DNA of 64,000 nucleotides from Paraspadella gotoi (Eukaryota; Animalia; Chaetognatha): NCBI GenBank assembly GCA_051294375.1, contig CM119265.1, positions 4,725,170-4,789,169 on the forward strand, in the 5' to 3' direction. The position numbers and the translations under genes are program-made. The notes under the pieces are model-generated. The model searched no databases, had not been told where the DNA came from, and saw only the letters and a program-made list of their open reading frames with translations. Shown here one piece after another: positions 60,429 to 64,000 of this stretch (within the stretch, counting starts at the first letter, position 1; each line of letters begins with the position of its first letter).

Positions 60429-61210
60429 GATCGTTTTTATCGTTGGATCGAACAGAGAGTGGAGAGGCGGTGACGAAACGTCAACCTTGGCTTTCTCGAG
60501 TTACGCGTAGAGGTTAACGCGGCCCCGTCCGAACGGTCGAGCATATCCAACTCGGCGACGGGGCCGAACAGATTCTAACCGGCGAGATTTCTCCTCTCTC
60601 ACCGTGGTCAAGTGTCTTTCTTCGCGGGGTCAGTCAGCCAAAGACGTAAGAATCGATTAAAGGGGGAAGGGGGGCGGAATTTTGGGGTGGTGGTAGGAGG
60701 ATCAAATAATAGAGGTTAGGGACATCGGTAGCATTGGAGCAAGAACGGTGGTCAACCGGAAACAGAGCCGAGGAAGAAATCGCGCGCTAGTGGCCTCGAA
60801 ATTAACGGGTTAGGCACCGACCACACCGCGGCCCGGACGTTAATTTCGGCGAAGAACGAGAGAGCGAGAGAGAGCGACCGAGACGGAGAGAGAGAGAGAG
60901 AGAGATGCAAAAGGTCGAGGATGCGTGGCCGAGGGGGCGTGGCGACGCGCGACGACGCGTTTTACGAGTTTCGTGGAAGATTCGTTTCTGCGTTTCCGGG
61001 TTCGGGCGCGGGTTGACGTGAGAGGCGAATGGCGCAGGGGTTAAGGTAGATTCGGTGAGTTAGAGACGGTGAGTCTTCTATCTCACAGGATTCACCAGCG
61101 ACGCTCGTCTCACCTCCTCGCTGACTCACGCCGTGGGTCTCGAAAGAGGTTCAGCGATCCCGGCGCCACAAAGGGCGCGCCCCACTGTCAACGCCGCGGG
61201 CAGCGGCGCA
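60420..61210. promoter_or_regulatory. GC/CpG-rich island, possible promoter or first-exon region
   Basis: Locally high GC with dense CG/CGCG, a KLF/Sp-like gggggcgtggc (~60933) and two donor-like GGTGAGT motifs (~61054, ~61068); no ORF support. Confidence 0.2.
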
Positions 61211-64000
61211 CTAAAATTAAAAAAACAAAAAACGAACCCGTCTCTCTCGACGCGGACATTAAATCGAACTCCCGCATTTTTTAATCGGACGATTTTAATC
61301 TTATTTTTTTTTTTAAAACCGTAAATTCGATTTAATTCTTTTCCCACCGGAAAATAATTTTACGTCGTTTAATTTTTTTTTTTAAACTTGATGAAAAGTT
61401 GAGTTACTTTATTTTGAACTTTTTTTTAGGGAGATAGTAAAAAACGGCGTTTGTCAAAACTGGTCGATGTGAAGATTTTTGATTGTAAACGAGTTTGATC
61501 ACATCAGTCATCGTTTATCTTCGAATCTCGACTATTTCTATTATCTTTGATAATGATTTTTTTTATATTTTTAAAAAACTCCGACCCAATTCGAGCCGAG
61601 TTTTTTTCTCTCTCAAAATTTAACTCGCCGAGGTCATGTGCCAACGGGACGAGGAAAATTTGGGTGAAATCGATACTAAAAAAGATAACAAATTAAAAAG
61701 ACAACCTCCTTGTTTTTTCGAACGTTTTCTGTCTCTCTCTCTCATTCCCGTCACAGGAGATGTTTCGAAAATATAACCCGAGTTTAAACCTTCAAAAGTT
61801 TAACGCCGCCAAAAGCTTCCTTTGATCTCGCCCCTTAGCGCCGACGCTCGATGCGTTTATCACAACAACGTCGCGGCACGAAATATGGTTGACGCTCGAG
61901 CGGCTCGAGGGAGCACATCTCGGGAAAAAGAAATAGAAAGAGATCTTGACTTGCGAATAAATAAAAAGAGAAAAAAAAAAAAAGTGTTTCTTTGCTCAAA
62001 TTTCAAATCTGCATAATCCGGTCGGATCGATACGCGGGGAGTCTCTTCAGTCTCTCTCTCTCTCTCTCTCTCTCTCCTCTCTCTCATTTCTCTATCTCTC
62101 TCTCTTCTCTCTTCTCACATTCTCTCCACTCTCTCGATCTTCCTCTTATATTCTCTCTCCTTGTTCTTTTCTTCCTCTTTTTTTACAAAACCATTTCTCT
62201 CTTTTGTGCGCGATTCTCCTTTCGCGGTCACTCCGATTCCTAATTTTCTCCTTTTTTTTTGTCATTTTCATCTCGTTCTTCGGCTTTTTTTCTCTTCATC
62301 CGAGCGTTATCGCAAGATCTGTAACGCGATTATCGCCAGTTCGCCATCGCTCGGTCTTCCTCTCTCTCTCTTCTCTCTTTTTCTCCTTTCTCTCTTCTCT
62401 CTCTATCTCTCTCTCTCTCTCTTCTCCCTCTCTCTCTACTTCTCCTTCTCATTCTCTTCTCTTTCTCTCTCATCTCCTCTCTCCTCTTCCCCTCCCTTCA
62501 ATGATCTCGCTCTCTCTCAAAACCTGAAAAAGCAAAGGGGTTCTTCCCGATCGTGTCTCGCGATAAATTCCAGATTTGAGATTCCGATAATAAAAAGAGA
62601 AAGGAAATCGCTTCAATTTCTTTCTTTGTTTTCTATTCATTTTTGCATTTTGTACGAGAAAGAAAAAAAAACTCTTTCTTTTTCTTCTCTAAATGATTCT
62701 AGAATCCTCCCCTCTTTGGATTTCTTTGTTTCCTTTTTCATCCCTTCTTTTCCCGTCATCCCCACGCTAAACCTCTCTCTCTCACTCAGCCTTTCAAAAT
62801 CTCCTTCACTCTCATCGCTTCATCTTTTTTTTTTATCTTCGACTTTGATTTTTCTCTTTTTTTTTCAAATTTGATATTTTTTTTCTTCTTCGTCGACGTC
62901 TCGCCTCTCCGTCGCCTTCGGGCGCGTGACGCTGTGACGATTTTCGCGCGTGAGATTGTTTCACGATTTGGTTTCACATTCTTTCTCTCGTTTTTTAGTT
63001 TTCGTTCACGAACTGATTTTCTCACGTCGGCTCTGAAGATTATTTTTTTTTTATCCTTGAAAAACAAAAATCAGACTTTTTCTTCACACTTCTTTTTTTT
63101 TTTTGCTATCGATCGAAATCGCGAGAGAGGACTTTGAAAAGGAAAAGGAAATGAAAACGCGAGAGCGAGATAGAGANNNNNNNNNNNNNNNNNNNNNNNN
63201 NNNNNNNNNNNNNNNNNNNNNNNNNNNNNNNNNNNNNNNNNNNNNNNNNNNNNNNNNNNNNNNNNNNNNNNNNNNNNNNNNNNNNNNNNNNNNNNNNNNN
63301 NNNNNNNNNNNNNNNNNNNNNNNNNNNNNNNNNNNNNNNNNNNNNNNNNNNNNNNNNNNNNNNNNNNNNNNNNNNNNNNNNNNNNNNNNNNNNNNGAGAG
63401 AGAGAGAGCGTTGCCAAATTAATTTTCTTCTCTCGTTTCTTGTCGAATGCACGTGATTGGTTCACGTCCTGCTTCGCATGCAAACTTAACAAAAACTCCT
63501 GTTTTCGTTCATGAGGCGCAAGACCGCCCGCACGCGACCGCACGCGAAATGACACGGGCGCACGCGGAGAACGATCAGGACTCGCTCTCGCGCACGCAGA
63601 GAGAGAGAGAGTGAGAGCGAGAGAAATAGACTTCACCCCCGCGTCGCCGTCATCTCTTTCGTCGCTTGACGTTTACGGGACGAGCGAGATTTTCGAAGTT
63701 TGGACGTTTNNNNNNNNNNNNNNNNNNNNNNNNNNNNNNNNNNNNNNNNNNNNNNNNNNNNNNNNNNNNNNNNNNNNNNNNNNNNNNNNNNNNNNNNNNN
63801 NNNNNNNNNNNNNNNNNNNNNNNNNNNNNNNNNNNNNNNNNNNNNNNNNNNNNNNNNNNNNNNNNNNNNNNNNNNNNNNNNNNNNNNNNNNNNNNNNNNN
63901 NNNNNNNNNCGTTGACTCGGAATTGCAAGAAAAAATACGTTTAAATTTGAAGGAAGATGGGAGTGTTCGTGGTTTTTTACAGAAGACATTTATTAAACTG

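Overview
Eukaryotic, very likely invertebrate-animal, draft-scaffold DNA: AT-rich but CpG-rich, dense in (AG)n/(GAC)n/poly-T repeats, with many N gaps. I recognise no host protein-coding gene, rRNA, tRNA or CRISPR array; almost all long ORFs in the supplied track are artefacts of low-complexity sequence or N runs. About 40 kb (18.2-58.3 kb) is 2-3 overlapping, indel-riddled copies of one ~18 kb locus, mostly bounded by gaps of exactly 25 N, which points to long-read gap over-filling rather than true tandem duplication. Comparing the copies exposes filled versus empty insertion sites and so defines three mobile elements. (1) An 820-bp TTAA-flanked TIR element (Kolobok-like, 28353-29172), absent at 43703. 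(2) A short TAG...CTA TIR element (44581-48851 and 51743-55935), absent at ~30070. (3) Nested inside (2), a ~3.6-kb element bounded by ~315-bp LTRs with a polypurine tract. Its interior looks like one long minus-strand Glu/Lys/Ala-rich coding region with no recognisable pol motifs, and it is the best candidate for something undescribed. The reciprocal presence/absence of (1) versus (2)+(3) suggests two haplotypes assembled in tandem. Several small candidate cis-regulatory motif clusters occur in the unique flanks (low confidence).
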